Origin: Sediminibacterium sp. | Lineage (GTDB): Bacteria; Bacteroidota; Bacteroidia; Chitinophagales; Chitinophagaceae | Length of the DNA stretch: 64,000 nt | Direction: 5' to 3' | Assembly (NCBI GenBank): GCA_035254545.1 | Contig: DATFAP010000010.1 | Span: forward strand, 5,286-69,285 | Shown: positions 1 through 10,137 of the stretch, piece by piece | Position numbering within the stretch: the stretch's first letter is position 1 | Layout: every line of letters starts with the position of its first letter | The notes under the pieces: generated by a model | The model's database searches: none | What the model was told of the DNA's origin: nothing | What the model saw: only the letters and a program-made list of their open reading frames with translations | Position numbers and translations under genes: made by a program

Positions 1-650
1 GCAGATGTTTTGATTTTCCTGGATTTGTTCCTGCCTATATCCGTCCGTTGTTCTGCGAAGGGAAAGGCCCCTTTCGTTGGGCTGCCCTGAGCGGCGACCC
101 GCAGGATATTGCCGTTACGGACGAACTGATCGGGAAGCTATTCCCCGAAAATAAAAGTTTGCAGCGCTGGCTTCAACTGGCCAAAGAAAAAATCGCTTTT
201 CAGGGTTTGCCTGCGCGTATCTGCTGGCTGGGCCAGGGAGAGAGAGAGAAGGCCGGACTTGCATTTAATGAACTGGTCCGCTCCGGAAAAGTAAAGGCGC
301 CGATTGTGATTGGAAGAGATCACCTGGATACCGGTTCCGTAGCTTCTCCCAACCGCGAAACCGAAGCCATGCTGGATGGCTCTGATGCTGTGGCCGACTG
401 GCCGGTGCTGAATGCCCTGGTGAATACAGCCGGTGGCGCCAGTTGGGTGTCTTTGCACCACGGGGGCGGAGTGGGAATGGGCTACAGCATTCATGCCGGA
501 ATGGTGATTGTTGCAGATGGAACGGATGATGCGGCAGTAAGACTCAGTCGCGTATTGCGCAATGATCCGGGGATGGGTGTGATCAGGCATGCAGATGCAG
601 GGTATGAAATTGCTATGGATACTGCCAAGAAATTTGGATTGGGATTGTAA
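1..650 (+). CDS. hutU: urocanate hydratase, C-terminal fragment (5' end outside window; codon phase starts at nt 3)
   Basis: Frame is open from the window edge. [38 protein letters not shown] and [13 protein letters not shown] match my recollection of urocanase C-terminal motifs. Confidence 0.9.
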   Translation, partial: RCFDFPGFVPAYIRPLFCEGKGPFRWAALSGDPQDIAVTDELIGKLFPENKSLQRWLQLAKEKIAFQGLPARICWLGQGEREKAGLAFNELVRSGKVKAPIVIGRDHLDTGSVASPNRETEAMLDGSDAVADWPVLNALVNTAGGASWVSLHHGGGVGMGYSIHAGMVIVADGTDDAAVRLSRVLRNDPGMGVIRHADAGYEIAMDTAKKFGLGL

Positions 651-673
651 ACCTGTAAATAAAAGCTGAAAAC

Positions 674-1252
674 ATGTTCGGTCAATTCTTCGCGTTTGCA
701 TCCCGGCTGGTTCATTTTACCAGTCAGGAAAAACAACTGATTGAACATGCTTTTACTTTCCGGCAGGTGACCAGGAAGTTCAAACTTACTGAGGAAGGGA
801 AGATTGCGCGGGAAGTCTGTTTTATCAATAAGGGATTGCTGCGCCTGTATTACACCAAAGACGGCGAAGATATCACCGCATTCATCTTTAAGGAAAACCT
901 CTTTGCCAGTTGTTATGACAGTTTTCTGAGAAAGGTTCCCAGTACTCAAACGCTGGAAGCATTGGAGGATGCGGATCTGCTGGTGATTAACTATGAGGAG
1001 TTGCAGCAGCTTTACCAGGCGGTGCCTGCAATGAACACGTTGACGCGTAAAATTGCTGAACAGCGGTTTATCAATGCTCAAATGATCCTCTCTTCTTACA
1101 TTCTGGACAGCCCGGAAGAACGATACCGGAAATTTGAAGCGGATCATGGCGACCTGTTATTGCGGGTACCGCATTATATGATTGCTTCTTTTTTGGGGAT
1201 CACCCCCGTTTCGCTGAGCCGCATCCGCAAAAGGGTTATGCCGACCAAATGA
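674..1252 (+). CDS. Crp/Fnr-family transcriptional regulator
   Basis: 192 aa. The N-terminal half looks like a cNMP-binding beta-barrel and the C-terminal HTH is MIASFLGITPVSLSRIRKR. Confidence 0.75.
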   Translation: MFGQFFAFASRLVHFTSQEKQLIEHAFTFRQVTRKFKLTEEGKIAREVCFINKGLLRLYYTKDGEDITAFIFKENLFASCYDSFLRKVPSTQTLEALEDADLLVINYEELQQLYQAVPAMNTLTRKIAEQRFINAQMILSSYILDSPEERYRKFEADHGDLLLRVPHYMIASFLGITPVSLSRIRKRVMPTK

Positions 1253-1320
1253 TTTCTTTACAATTGTTAATGGGTGAAGGCAATAGCCGGTAGTAGTTTT
1301 GTTCTGCAAAAACAACAACT

Positions 1321-1770
1321 ATGGACAAACGCATTAAAACAGAAATCATTATCAACACCTCCAGGGAAAAACTGTGGGTATTGCTCACCAACTTCGGGGG
1401 ATATCCTGATTGGAACCCGTTTATCAGAAGTATTGAAGGTGAATTGAAACAGGGAGCACGCCTAATCAACAGGCTTCAAAACGGGGAGAAAGTCATGGTA
1501 TTTAAGCCGATTATTCAGGAAGTAGTTCCGTTTCATTCCTTCTCCTGGCTGGGCAGCTTATGGGTGAAAGGACTGTTTGACGGCAGGCATTATTTCTGTA
1601 TTGAGGAAATAGCCCCCAACCAGGTGAAGCTGATTCATGGCGAAGATTTCACCGGCATCCTTAGTACAGCCATTTTAAAACAAATTGGGGAGGATACCCG
1701 CAAAAGTTTTGTAGCCATGAATCAGGCGCTCAAACAATTGGCTGAATCCGGTGCTGCCCCCAATCATTAA
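1321..1770 (+). CDS. SRPBCC (START/polyketide-cyclase-like) domain protein
   Basis: 149 aa. The start IIINTSREKLWVLLTNFGGYPDWNP is typical of the SRPBCC fold. Confidence 0.7.
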   Translation: MDKRIKTEIIINTSREKLWVLLTNFGGYPDWNPFIRSIEGELKQGARLINRLQNGEKVMVFKPIIQEVVPFHSFSWLGSLWVKGLFDGRHYFCIEEIAPNQVKLIHGEDFTGILSTAILKQIGEDTRKSFVAMNQALKQLAESGAAPNH

Positions 1771-1813
1771 ATTCAATCCCCCGACTGTTTGAAGTATTTT
1801 CTATTTTAGAGGC

Positions 1814-3232
1814 ATGAAAATATGCTGTTCTGTTCTTTTATGTATTGTTGTTTTTGTTGGAAATGCGCAACCGGTAAACCGGTATTTTGATCAAATCAGG
1901 AACAATGATGCTGCATTGACTGCCTTTTTTGCCCGGATGCCCAAAGGGGGAGACCTGCATCATCACTACGGCGGATCCGTGTATGCAGAAACGCTGCTGG
2001 CGCATGCGATTGAAGAAGACTATTTTGTGAACGCCGCTACGATGACCGTTGCAAGAACGCACCCGGCAACAGGAAGTTGGGAACGCTTGTCTGCCGTAAA
2101 AAGCCGGGGCGCGTTGGATGTATACAAAGACCTTTTGATCCGTAAATGGTCTGTAAAGGATTACCATGAGGCACACTATCCTTCCGATAAACAATTTTTT
2201 GAGTCTTTTGATAAGTTCGGGGCTACGATCGGGGGAACCTTTGAAGCAGGCTTAACAGAATTGAAGCAAAGGGCCATCCGGGAGAACCTGAGCTATATTG
2301 AAACCCAGCTTACTACGATTCCCTCTGCTGTTTCTGTGGAGAACTTTGTTCAACTGAATGAACGTTTGCGAAGCTATCAGGCAACCCGCAACGAGGCAGC
2401 AGTATTCAAAACACTGGACACTTTATATGCGTACCTGCTACAAAAAGACGTAGCCGCAGATGCGCGCAAATACAATGTTGAACTGATTGAAAAACTGCAT
2501 TATAAACTACGGTTAGACGATTCCCTTTTCACTATGCGTTACCAAAACTATGTGTTGCGTTTTATGGAGCCGGTCAATCTGTTCCGCGACCTGGTGACGG
2601 CTTTTATTTCTGCGGATCTGAGCCCGATTATTGATGGGGTGAACATTGTTTCACCGGAGCATGGCGAAACTTCCATGAAAGATTACTGGCTGCACATGGT
2701 AATGTATAAGTACTGCAATGCCCTTTATCCAAAAGTCCGAAACTCCCTGCATGCCGGAGAGCTGGTATTGGGGCTGGTATTGCCCGAAGAGCTTACCTGG
2801 CATATCGGCGCTGCCGTGCATACCGCCAAAGCCAGGCGGATCGGGCATGGGGTGGATATTGCACAGGAAGCAAACAACTATGAGTTGTTGGAGTATATGG
2901 CTAAGAACAAAGTGGCTGTTGAAATTAACCTGGTCAGCAATGAGTTCATTCTGAAAGTAAAAGAGGGGCGTCATCCGATTTCGCTGTACAAAAAATTTGG
3001 CGTGCCCATGGTCATCAGTACGGATGACGCAGGTGTACTCAGAACCAATATGACGGATCAGTTCGTATTACTGGCTAAGCGATACAAAGATTTCTCTTAT
3101 TCCGACATTAAACGACTGGTCTATAACAGCCTTGAATACAGCTTTATTGAAGATCCTTTGCTGAAGCGCAGGCTGATCAAAGACCTGGATGCCCGGTTCA
3201 GGGTGTTTGAAAACTGGTTTCCGGATATGTAG
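1814..3232 (+). CDS. secreted adenosine deaminase, ADA2/ADGF-like
   Basis: N-terminal signal peptide (MKICCSVLLCIVVFVGNAQ). MPKGGDLHHHY, LHAGE, RIGHG, EINLVSN and MVISTDDAG parallel the human ADA2 motifs MPKGAALHLHD, FHAGE, RIGHG, CPISN and MVISSDDP. Confidence 0.7.
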   Translation: MKICCSVLLCIVVFVGNAQPVNRYFDQIRNNDAALTAFFARMPKGGDLHHHYGGSVYAETLLAHAIEEDYFVNAATMTVARTHPATGSWERLSAVKSRGALDVYKDLLIRKWSVKDYHEAHYPSDKQFFESFDKFGATIGGTFEAGLTELKQRAIRENLSYIETQLTTIPSAVSVENFVQLNERLRSYQATRNEAAVFKTLDTLYAYLLQKDVAADARKYNVELIEKLHYKLRLDDSLFTMRYQNYVLRFMEPVNLFRDLVTAFISADLSPIIDGVNIVSPEHGETSMKDYWLHMVMYKYCNALYPKVRNSLHAGELVLGLVLPEELTWHIGAAVHTAKARRIGHGVDIAQEANNYELLEYMAKNKVAVEINLVSNEFILKVKEGRHPISLYKKFGVPMVISTDDAGVLRTNMTDQFVLLAKRYKDFSYSDIKRLVYNSLEYSFIEDPLLKRRLIKDLDARFRVFENWFPDM

Positions 3233-3371
3233 GAACGTTCCGTTAAAAATTTCAGCTGCTTTGTGAAGTCTTCTGGTCTGTATATGTAAAAAGCGCCATA
3301 AGTTCCGGAGAAAGGATATTTTACTGTTGAATCAGCAAATACCTTAACACTCAACTTAAATTACCCGCATT

Positions 3372-4190
3372 ATGTTTACACCATTTATTCCAGAAAGTCT
3401 TAACGCGCTTGATCTGACCGAAATTAAAGGAGATCTTATCGAAATGTCATCAGAGGTTAAACAGCCGGAAAGAGTACGTGGTTTTAAGATAGGCTGCGTA
3501 AGCCTGCCGGCAGATCCATACGATACCTGTTTTAATGGGGTAATGATAGATGTTCCGAGTTTTGGCATATTCGGGTATCATATCTATAACAGGAATGATA
3601 TTAAGGTTTATGGAGATGATCTGATCTATCTTACCTCAGAACCTAAAAACATAGCTCCTCTTGAATTTCTTACCGTATATCAAAAAGGTGCAAGGCCGTA
3701 TGTGACGGTGTTTGATTGGGGAACCGGGGACTGGGCCAGAGATGCGCATGGAAACTTTTTCAGGTGCTTTATTACAGATGATTTCTCAAAACAATACGGC
3801 GTAAAAATGCAGGCGCCGAATGGTGAGTATGTGACGGTATTCAGGTTTCAAAACTATTTTGAGAAAAAGCTGGACAGAAACCTGGTGCTTTTACTGGATG
3901 CTAATAGTAACTGGCAAAGGTTTTATACGTCCCCTGTTACAGGTATTCCCGGTCCGCATATCCCGGGACAGCCCAGTGGCTGGTCTGTTTTTGAATATAA
4001 AAGATTAAAGGGAACAACCGATCCCTGGGCAAATGTGCCATTTATGCTGGGAACAATGGGATTGCAGATCATGGACCAAAACGGATATTGGTTTGCGCCT
4101 TCCGGAATTCAATCTTCCTTGCGGGAAGATACCCGTATATATACAAGGGTTTTTGCCGAGCCGAATATATCTTCAGCCTATCGTTCCTGA
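3372..4190 (+). CDS. hypothetical protein (no recognisable family)
   Basis: 272-aa ORF with ATG start, no signal peptide or TM segment, and no competing ORF on either strand. Confidence 0.5.
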   Translation: MFTPFIPESLNALDLTEIKGDLIEMSSEVKQPERVRGFKIGCVSLPADPYDTCFNGVMIDVPSFGIFGYHIYNRNDIKVYGDDLIYLTSEPKNIAPLEFLTVYQKGARPYVTVFDWGTGDWARDAHGNFFRCFITDDFSKQYGVKMQAPNGEYVTVFRFQNYFEKKLDRNLVLLLDANSNWQRFYTSPVTGIPGPHIPGQPSGWSVFEYKRLKGTTDPWANVPFMLGTMGLQIMDQNGYWFAPSGIQSSLREDTRIYTRVFAEPNISSAYRS

Positions 4191-4336
4191 TCCGGTGGAT
4201 AATTCTCTTATTGCATAGGTGATTTAAGCTGGAAGCCTGCCTTACATGTGGCAATTGTTCAGATGCTCTATTAGTTAAGATAAAATATCTTGCACTCTTT
4301 GCAACATTGATGAACCCGGACTGTCTAATCCTTTAA

Positions 4337-4945
4337 GTGAACAATAGGAACGAAACTAGCGTAGCAGACCAAATCCTGGTTGAAAAGGTATTACGTGGCG
4401 ACACAGATGGCTTCAGAACTGTTATGGAAAATACAGAGGGGTTGGTGGCCCAGATCGTTTTTAAAATGATCCCGAACAGCGAGGATAGAAAAGATATAGC
4501 ACAGGATATTTGCTTAAAGGTGTTTCAAAATTTGAACAGTTTCAAATTTCAATCAAAACTATCCACATGGATTGCCCAAATAGCTTACAATACCTGCATA
4601 AACTATCTGGAAAGGAAAAGAATAGTACTGGTCAATTATTACAGTGACAATGAATCCGGTGATGAGGCGGCGGAAATATTGGATAATAAAACCGATCCCT
4701 TTGGCAATGAAACAGAAAAGTTTGTTCTAAGGAGAGAATTATCCGCAATTTTAAAAATCGAAACGAATAAACTTTCACCAGTTTATAAAACATTAATAAG
4801 CCTCTATCACAGTGAAGAATTAAGCTATTTAGAGATAGTTGAAATAACCGGTTTGCCGGAAGGTACCGTGAAAAACTATCTGTTCAGAGCAAGGAAAATA
4901 TTAAGAGATAACTTATTGCTCACTTACAAAAAAGAAGGGCTATGA
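4337..4945 (+). CDS. RNA polymerase ECF sigma factor (sigma-70 group 4)
   Basis: GTG start. Region 2 (DRKDIAQDICLKVFQNL) and region 4 HTH (LSYLEIVEITGLPEGTVKNYLFRARKIL) are present. ATGA overlap with the next gene. Confidence 0.85.
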   Translation: MNNRNETSVADQILVEKVLRGDTDGFRTVMENTEGLVAQIVFKMIPNSEDRKDIAQDICLKVFQNLNSFKFQSKLSTWIAQIAYNTCINYLERKRIVLVNYYSDNESGDEAAEILDNKTDPFGNETEKFVLRRELSAILKIETNKLSPVYKTLISLYHSEELSYLEIVEITGLPEGTVKNYLFRARKILRDNLLLTYKKEGL

Positions 4946-5385
4946 CCAATAAACACCTGAGCGAAACTAATATTCAGCAATATGTTTTGAAAGAAACAAG
5001 CAATGGTATTGATATTGCGCATATACAGCAATGTACACACTGCAAGGCAAAAGCAGCGCGCTACAGGATTTTGTTTGATGCACTTGCAGAGGAGGAAAAG
5101 CCTTCTTTTGATTTTGATCTGGCTGAATTGGTAATCGGTCAGTTGCCTGTACGGCAGCGGAAAGCGTCACATGAATACCCGCTTCTTTACGTTGCTCTTT
5201 CCATAGCTGTTTTTTTTCTTTGTATCGTTGTCTGGTTCTTTGGAAAGAATGTTGCCCCCCTGTTATGGGGTGTAACGCCAATGTTGGCAGGATTGCTGAT
5301 AACCACTGTTGCTTGTCTTCTACTGTTCCTTTGTATTGATATGTATAAAAAATATCAGGCGAAAATGCGCGCACTGGATTTTTAG
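4942..5385 (+). CDS. anti-sigma factor, ZAS-type (HxxxCxxC) with C-terminal TM segments
   Basis: 4-nt overlap with the sigma gene. Contains HIQQCTHC (H-x3-C-x2-C) followed by 2-3 hydrophobic helices. Confidence 0.65.
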   Translation: MTNKHLSETNIQQYVLKETSNGIDIAHIQQCTHCKAKAARYRILFDALAEEEKPSFDFDLAELVIGQLPVRQRKASHEYPLLYVALSIAVFFLCIVVWFFGKNVAPLLWGVTPMLAGLLITTVACLLLFLCIDMYKKYQAKMRALDF

Positions 5386-5421
5386 TGAATCGTTGCAACA
5401 TAAATTCCAACGGGCTGTCTT

Positions 5422-5871
5422 ATGAAACATAAAAGTAAAATAACCAAAATGAAAAAGATATTAAGTATAGCGGCAGTGATGGCGACGCCTTTTCTGGCAA
5501 ATGCACAACATGGTAATTCCATGGTTGTTGATAAAGAAATTTTCAATATATGCGCTACCATATTTGTAGTGGGCCTATTGATGATATTTATACTGGTTAT
5601 AATGAAGCGGAATATGGATTACAGGCTTAAAAACAAAATTATTGAAAAAGGGATCCCTGAAAATGTGGCTTCGTCAATTATGCAAACAAATCCAAAAGAG
5701 GATAGAAATGGCAATATTAAATGGTTCGCTATTTTAGCAGGATTAGGCCTGGCGCTAACAATTATTGACTATACTCTCCCCTTGGGAATCCACTCTTTGG
5801 CAATTATGGCATTTTGTATCGCCGGAAGCTTCCTGGGATATTTCTTTTTCCTCAGGCATTCAGAAAAATAA
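5422..5871 (+). CDS. small membrane protein co-located with the ECF module
   Basis: 149 aa with a signal-like N-terminus and about 3 TM helices. The start could instead be the ATG at 5449. Confidence 0.5.
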   Translation: MKHKSKITKMKKILSIAAVMATPFLANAQHGNSMVVDKEIFNICATIFVVGLLMIFILVIMKRNMDYRLKNKIIEKGIPENVASSIMQTNPKEDRNGNIKWFAILAGLGLALTIIDYTLPLGIHSLAIMAFCIAGSFLGYFFFLRHSEK

Positions 5872-5896
5872 ATTCACCAAATTATTTAAGATAGCT

Positions 5897-7345
5897 ATGA
5901 AACCAATTAAACTGCCCATCCGGTGGTATAGGAAAATTATTGCCCCATTTGTACTCATATTGTGGTGCGCTCAGACAATCATGGCCCAGCAAAAACTGCC
6001 CATTGTTATTACAGAACCCGTTAAGGCAGATGTACAGGATATTGAAGTTTATCAAATAAAACAGGACTTTGCTTTTTTCAGGGAGATATTACAAAAAGAA
6101 CATCCCGGTTTGTACCGTTATAAAAGCAAAGCAGAGATGGATAAGTTGTTTGACAGTTGTTTTGCTGCCTTAAATCACCCGATGAAACAATTAATGTTCG
6201 CCAAATCGATTACATTTCTAATCAGCGCCATTGAAGATGGACATACCGCATCCAATGTACCACGGTTGTTAATGAATCAGTATGCCGAAAATGAAAAGCT
6301 GTTTCCTGCTCGTTTGTTTTTTATCGATTACAAAGCTTATGTGCTCTGTAGCCGCATTCAGGCGCTTCCCGCTGAAGCTGAGATTGTGTCAATTGACGAT
6401 AAACCAATAGCGGAGATCAAAAAACTGCTGTTTCAATATTTGCCTTCCGACGGCAAAATTGAAACTAAAAAGATTCAGACATTAAATAATGGGGCATTCC
6501 CTTTTTTGTACAAATGGATTTTCGGAAATAAAAATTCATTTGTTGTCAGGTATAGAACAAAGCAAGGGGGAATCAGAACAGTAGGTATAAATGCCGCATT
6601 TGCAAAAGATATTGAATGTGATAATGAGGGCGGGTCGGACAATAAAAAAGATCTGCAGTTGGATTTTCCCAAAAGCAATACAGCCTTGCTTACTATAAAA
6701 ACCTTTGATGATAACAGGCTGGCCGGAGAACAGTATTTTCGCGATTTTCTTGACACCTCATTCAAAAAAATCAATTCAGAGCAGATCGCTACTTTAATTG
6801 TTGATCTGCGGGGAAATGCAGGCGGAAGAGACGAGTACGGGGCACTTCTTTATGCTTATCTTACAAATAAACCGTTTAAATATTTTTCAGCAATTGAATC
6901 TGGCGCGGGAAAAATCCGGGAAAAGGATAACCCTCTTCTTGGCTTGCAGCAACCAGAGATCAATAGCTTCGGTGGAAAAGCTTTATTCCTGGTTAATGGC
7001 CTGTGTTTTTCTACTACGGCGGATTTTTGTTCAATTGCAAAAAGCAACAACAGGGGGCTTTTTATTGGAGAGGAAACAGGAGGAGCCTATTACGGTAATA
7101 CATCGGGGCAAATCAAAACAGTTGTGTTGCCCAATAGTGGAATAATTGTTAAAATCCCGCAATTTAAATATGAAAATGCGGTAAAAAAAGCAAAATACCC
7201 GGATAGAGGAACCTTGCCTGACTATACAATAATGCCAACCATTAATGATGTGAAACAGCGTAGGGATATTCAATTGTACTTTGCACTCGAATTAGCTGGA
7301 AGCTTATATATAGATACTATAAAAATTTTGAAATACATGCCGTAA
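5897..7345 (+). CDS. S41-family peptidase (tail-specific protease-like)
   Basis: LIVDLRGNAGGRDEYG and GEETGGAYYGNTSG are S41-like. Start moved to the ATG at 5897 (MKPIKL...) because the track ORF start at 5765 overlaps the previous gene. Confidence 0.75.
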   Translation: MKPIKLPIRWYRKIIAPFVLILWCAQTIMAQQKLPIVITEPVKADVQDIEVYQIKQDFAFFREILQKEHPGLYRYKSKAEMDKLFDSCFAALNHPMKQLMFAKSITFLISAIEDGHTASNVPRLLMNQYAENEKLFPARLFFIDYKAYVLCSRIQALPAEAEIVSIDDKPIAEIKKLLFQYLPSDGKIETKKIQTLNNGAFPFLYKWIFGNKNSFVVRYRTKQGGIRTVGINAAFAKDIECDNEGGSDNKKDLQLDFPKSNTALLTIKTFDDNRLAGEQYFRDFLDTSFKKINSEQIATLIVDLRGNAGGRDEYGALLYAYLTNKPFKYFSAIESGAGKIREKDNPLLGLQQPEINSFGGKALFLVNGLCFSTTADFCSIAKSNNRGLFIGEETGGAYYGNTSGQIKTVVLPNSGIIVKIPQFKYENAVKKAKYPDRGTLPDYTIMPTINDVKQRRDIQLYFALELAGSLYIDTIKILKYMP

Positions 7346-7436
7346 TATTATTAAAAGACTAGCCGGACATTCATCCATCCATCACAATCTATCCGGGTTC
7401 TTAGGGGAGTACGCATTTGTTTTGTATCATTATCCC

Positions 7437-9011
7437 ATGAAAAATTATATCCCCACTTTGCATACAAGGGCAGCCCGGCTGATAGTCGGGCTAAGCCTGA
7501 TTTCACTGTCTGTTACCGCTCAGGTGAGTAATACGGCAACTACTGTTGCTGCAATTGTTCAGGAAGCAAATGACCATTCCCAACTCAAAAGACTGGCCCA
7601 TGAACTAATGGATGGGGTTGGACCCCGCCTGGTAGGCTCAGGTAAAATGGTTCAGGCCAGCGACTGGGCGATTGCACAGTATGCTCAATGGGGTATTGCT
7701 GCCCGCCGCGAAAACTATGGTACCTGGCGTGGTTGGGACAGGGGTGTTACCCATATTGATATGGTGGCGCCTTGGATCCGGTCTATCGAAGGAACCCAAC
7801 TGGCATTCAGCCCAGCTACTAAAAAGCCGGTTACTGCAGAAACCATTATCCTGGCTGATGCTGCGGATTCTCTCGCTTTTCAACAATGGTTGCCCAATGT
7901 AAAAGGGAAATTTGTCCTGATCTCTATGCCGCAGCCCACAGGCCGCCCGGATTATAACTGGAACGAGTTTGGTACCAAAGCGTCTGTTGAGAAAATGAAA
8001 ACGGAACGTACTGCGCTGGCTGATGCCTGGAAAAAACGCATCAGCAAAACAGGCCTTTCCAACGCCAAACTGGCCGAAGCGCTCGAAAAAGCAGGCGCTG
8101 CGGGCATCGTGGCCAGCAACTGGTCCAGTGGCTTTGGCGTCAATAAAATTTTCGCTGCTTTTACGAAAAAAATACCCACTGTTGATATTGCACTGGAAGA
8201 TTATGGATTGCTCTATCGCTTAACCGAGTCGGGCAAACAACCTTCTATTTCTGTATATACCCAGTCTAAAGAACTGGGAACGGTTCCAACCTTTAATACC
8301 CTTGCTGAAATCAAAGGCACTGAAAAGCCCAATGAATATGTAATGCTTTCTGCACACTTCGATTCATGGGACGGCGGCACCGGAGCTACCGATAATGGTA
8401 CCGGTACGTTGGTGATGATGGAGGCCATGCGCATTTTAAAAGCAGTGTATCCTAATCCAAAGAGAACCATCCTCGTTGGACACTGGGGCAGTGAAGAACA
8501 GGGACTGAACGGTTCCCGTGCATTTGTGGAAGATCATCCTGAGATTGTTTCCAACCTCCAGGCCCTGTTCAACCAGGACAATGGTACCGGAAGAATTGTC
8601 AATATCGGAGGTTCCGGTTATGCCAATGCCAAAGACTACCTGGGCCGCTGGCTGGCTGCTGCCCCTAAATCAATCACAGATTCCATCAAAACCAATTTCC
8701 CCGGAATACCCGGTGGCGGTGGCTCAGATCATGCTTCCTTTGTAGCTGTGGGTGCGCCGGCTTTTTCGCTGGGTGCTTTGAATTGGTCTTATTTTAACTA
8801 TACATGGCATACCAACAGGGACACCTACGATAAAATTGTGTTTGATGATGTTCGCAGTAATGCTATTCTCACTGCTATCCTGGTTTACATGGCCTGTGAA
8901 GATCCTGAACGCAGTTCCACCGAAAAAGCCATACTGCCGAACGGCCCCAATGGTCCGCAAAAATGGCCCGTACCTGTTAAATCTAAGCGTGCCGGTGGGT
9001 ATGATAACTAG
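7437..9011 (+). CDS. M28-family zinc aminopeptidase, secreted
   Basis: Signal peptide present. SAHFDSWDGGTGATDNGTG and GHWGSEEQGLNGS are M28 metal-ligand motifs. ATG at 7437 preferred over TTG at 7422. Confidence 0.8.
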   Translation: MKNYIPTLHTRAARLIVGLSLISLSVTAQVSNTATTVAAIVQEANDHSQLKRLAHELMDGVGPRLVGSGKMVQASDWAIAQYAQWGIAARRENYGTWRGWDRGVTHIDMVAPWIRSIEGTQLAFSPATKKPVTAETIILADAADSLAFQQWLPNVKGKFVLISMPQPTGRPDYNWNEFGTKASVEKMKTERTALADAWKKRISKTGLSNAKLAEALEKAGAAGIVASNWSSGFGVNKIFAAFTKKIPTVDIALEDYGLLYRLTESGKQPSISVYTQSKELGTVPTFNTLAEIKGTEKPNEYVMLSAHFDSWDGGTGATDNGTGTLVMMEAMRILKAVYPNPKRTILVGHWGSEEQGLNGSRAFVEDHPEIVSNLQALFNQDNGTGRIVNIGGSGYANAKDYLGRWLAAAPKSITDSIKTNFPGIPGGGGSDHASFVAVGAPAFSLGALNWSYFNYTWHTNRDTYDKIVFDDVRSNAILTAILVYMACEDPERSSTEKAILPNGPNGPQKWPVPVKSKRAGGYDN

Positions 9012-9102
9012 ATAATTGGCTTTGTTCAATGCTTTATAGCGAAAGCGCGGCGTTGGTGTGAAATAGCGAAAATTACTTACCTTAACCGGCAAAATCTGAA
9101 CA

Positions 9103-9711
9103 ATGAAATCTTGTTTTGCGGTACTAAGTATAATGCTTTTCTGCGCTTGCAAACAGGTATCACCAAAGCTTCCCTTTCTCGGTAAGCCACTGATTTCAGG
9201 TAAGGATACGGCTTATCCTGTAATCGCCGGCTTCTCATTGATTAATCAGGACGGTCAGGTAGTGACCAATCAAACATTTTCAGGGAAAATCTATGTTGCT
9301 GATTTTGTCTTCCTTTCCTGTCCAACTATTTGTCCTAAGATGACAAGAGAAATGTATAAGGCGTTCCTTGCATTTGCTGCTGATGACAGGGTAGGTTTTA
9401 TATCTCATAGTATTGACCCTGAACGTGATACGGTTCCCCGGCTAAAAGCTTTTGCCGAAGCTTTGGGGGTGGCTGCTCCCAAATGGAATTTTGTAACCGG
9501 TAATCAGGATAGCATTATGCGTCTTGCTGAACAATCTTATTTTTCAATAGCATACCCCGATAGTACGGCTCCTGGTGGGTTTACACATAGCGGGGGATTG
9601 TTGTTGATCGACCAGGACAGGCATATTCGCGGTGTTTACGATGGAACCCGGCCGGAAGAAACCCGGCGCCTCATTGAAGATATCCACACACTTTTAAAGC
9701 AGGAATATTAG
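9103..9711 (+). CDS. SCO1/SenC-family thioredoxin-fold copper chaperone
   Basis: Lipoprotein-like N-terminus, a CPTICP (CxxxC) motif and a downstream His (ISHSIDPERD). Confidence 0.85.
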   Translation: MKSCFAVLSIMLFCACKQVSPKLPFLGKPLISGKDTAYPVIAGFSLINQDGQVVTNQTFSGKIYVADFVFLSCPTICPKMTREMYKAFLAFAADDRVGFISHSIDPERDTVPRLKAFAEALGVAAPKWNFVTGNQDSIMRLAEQSYFSIAYPDSTAPGGFTHSGGLLLIDQDRHIRGVYDGTRPEETRRLIEDIHTLLKQEY

Positions 9712-9724
9712 TTTTGTCTTTGTT

Positions 9725-10105
9725 ATGTTGAGAAAGTTTGTGTCCATACTACTGATTGTCACTTTCCTCCTGCAGTCTGCAAGTCAGCTATGGATATGGA
9801 CAGCATTCGAAATAAACAGGGATTTCATTGCAGATAATCTTTGTATTAACCGCTTTGACGCAATTCCGCTTTGCAAAGGCTCCTGTGTTCTGGAAAAAAC
9901 ATTGAACGAAAACCAGGATCGTCAGCAAAAATCTCCGGATCTGAAAGCAAAGGTCATTACACTCTTTTGTCAGAATTTGCCCTTTGAGCTTTCTTCCCCA
10001 GCTTGTATGCAGGATTCTAACGGTGATTACATTGGCGTTGATGCTTCTTTGATCACTTCCCGATACCTCCGTTCCATATTCAGGCCACCTGATGCCATTG
10101 TTTAA
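9725..10105 (+). CDS. hypothetical membrane-anchored Cys-rich protein
   Basis: 126 aa with one N-terminal TM and 6 Cys in the soluble part. It lies 13 nt after the SCO gene. Confidence 0.45.
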   Translation: MLRKFVSILLIVTFLLQSASQLWIWTAFEINRDFIADNLCINRFDAIPLCKGSCVLEKTLNENQDRQQKSPDLKAKVITLFCQNLPFELSSPACMQDSNGDYIGVDASLITSRYLRSIFRPPDAIV

Positions 10106-10137
10106 CATCAATCTTTTTTAGTTAAACAATCAATTTG

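Noticed and set aside
5765-5896. N-terminal extension of the S41 peptidase ORF given in the track
   Set aside because: It would overlap the preceding membrane-protein gene by about 100 nt. An internal ATG at 5897 yields a normal positively charged, hydrophobic N-terminus (MKPIKLPIRWYRKIIAPFVLIL).
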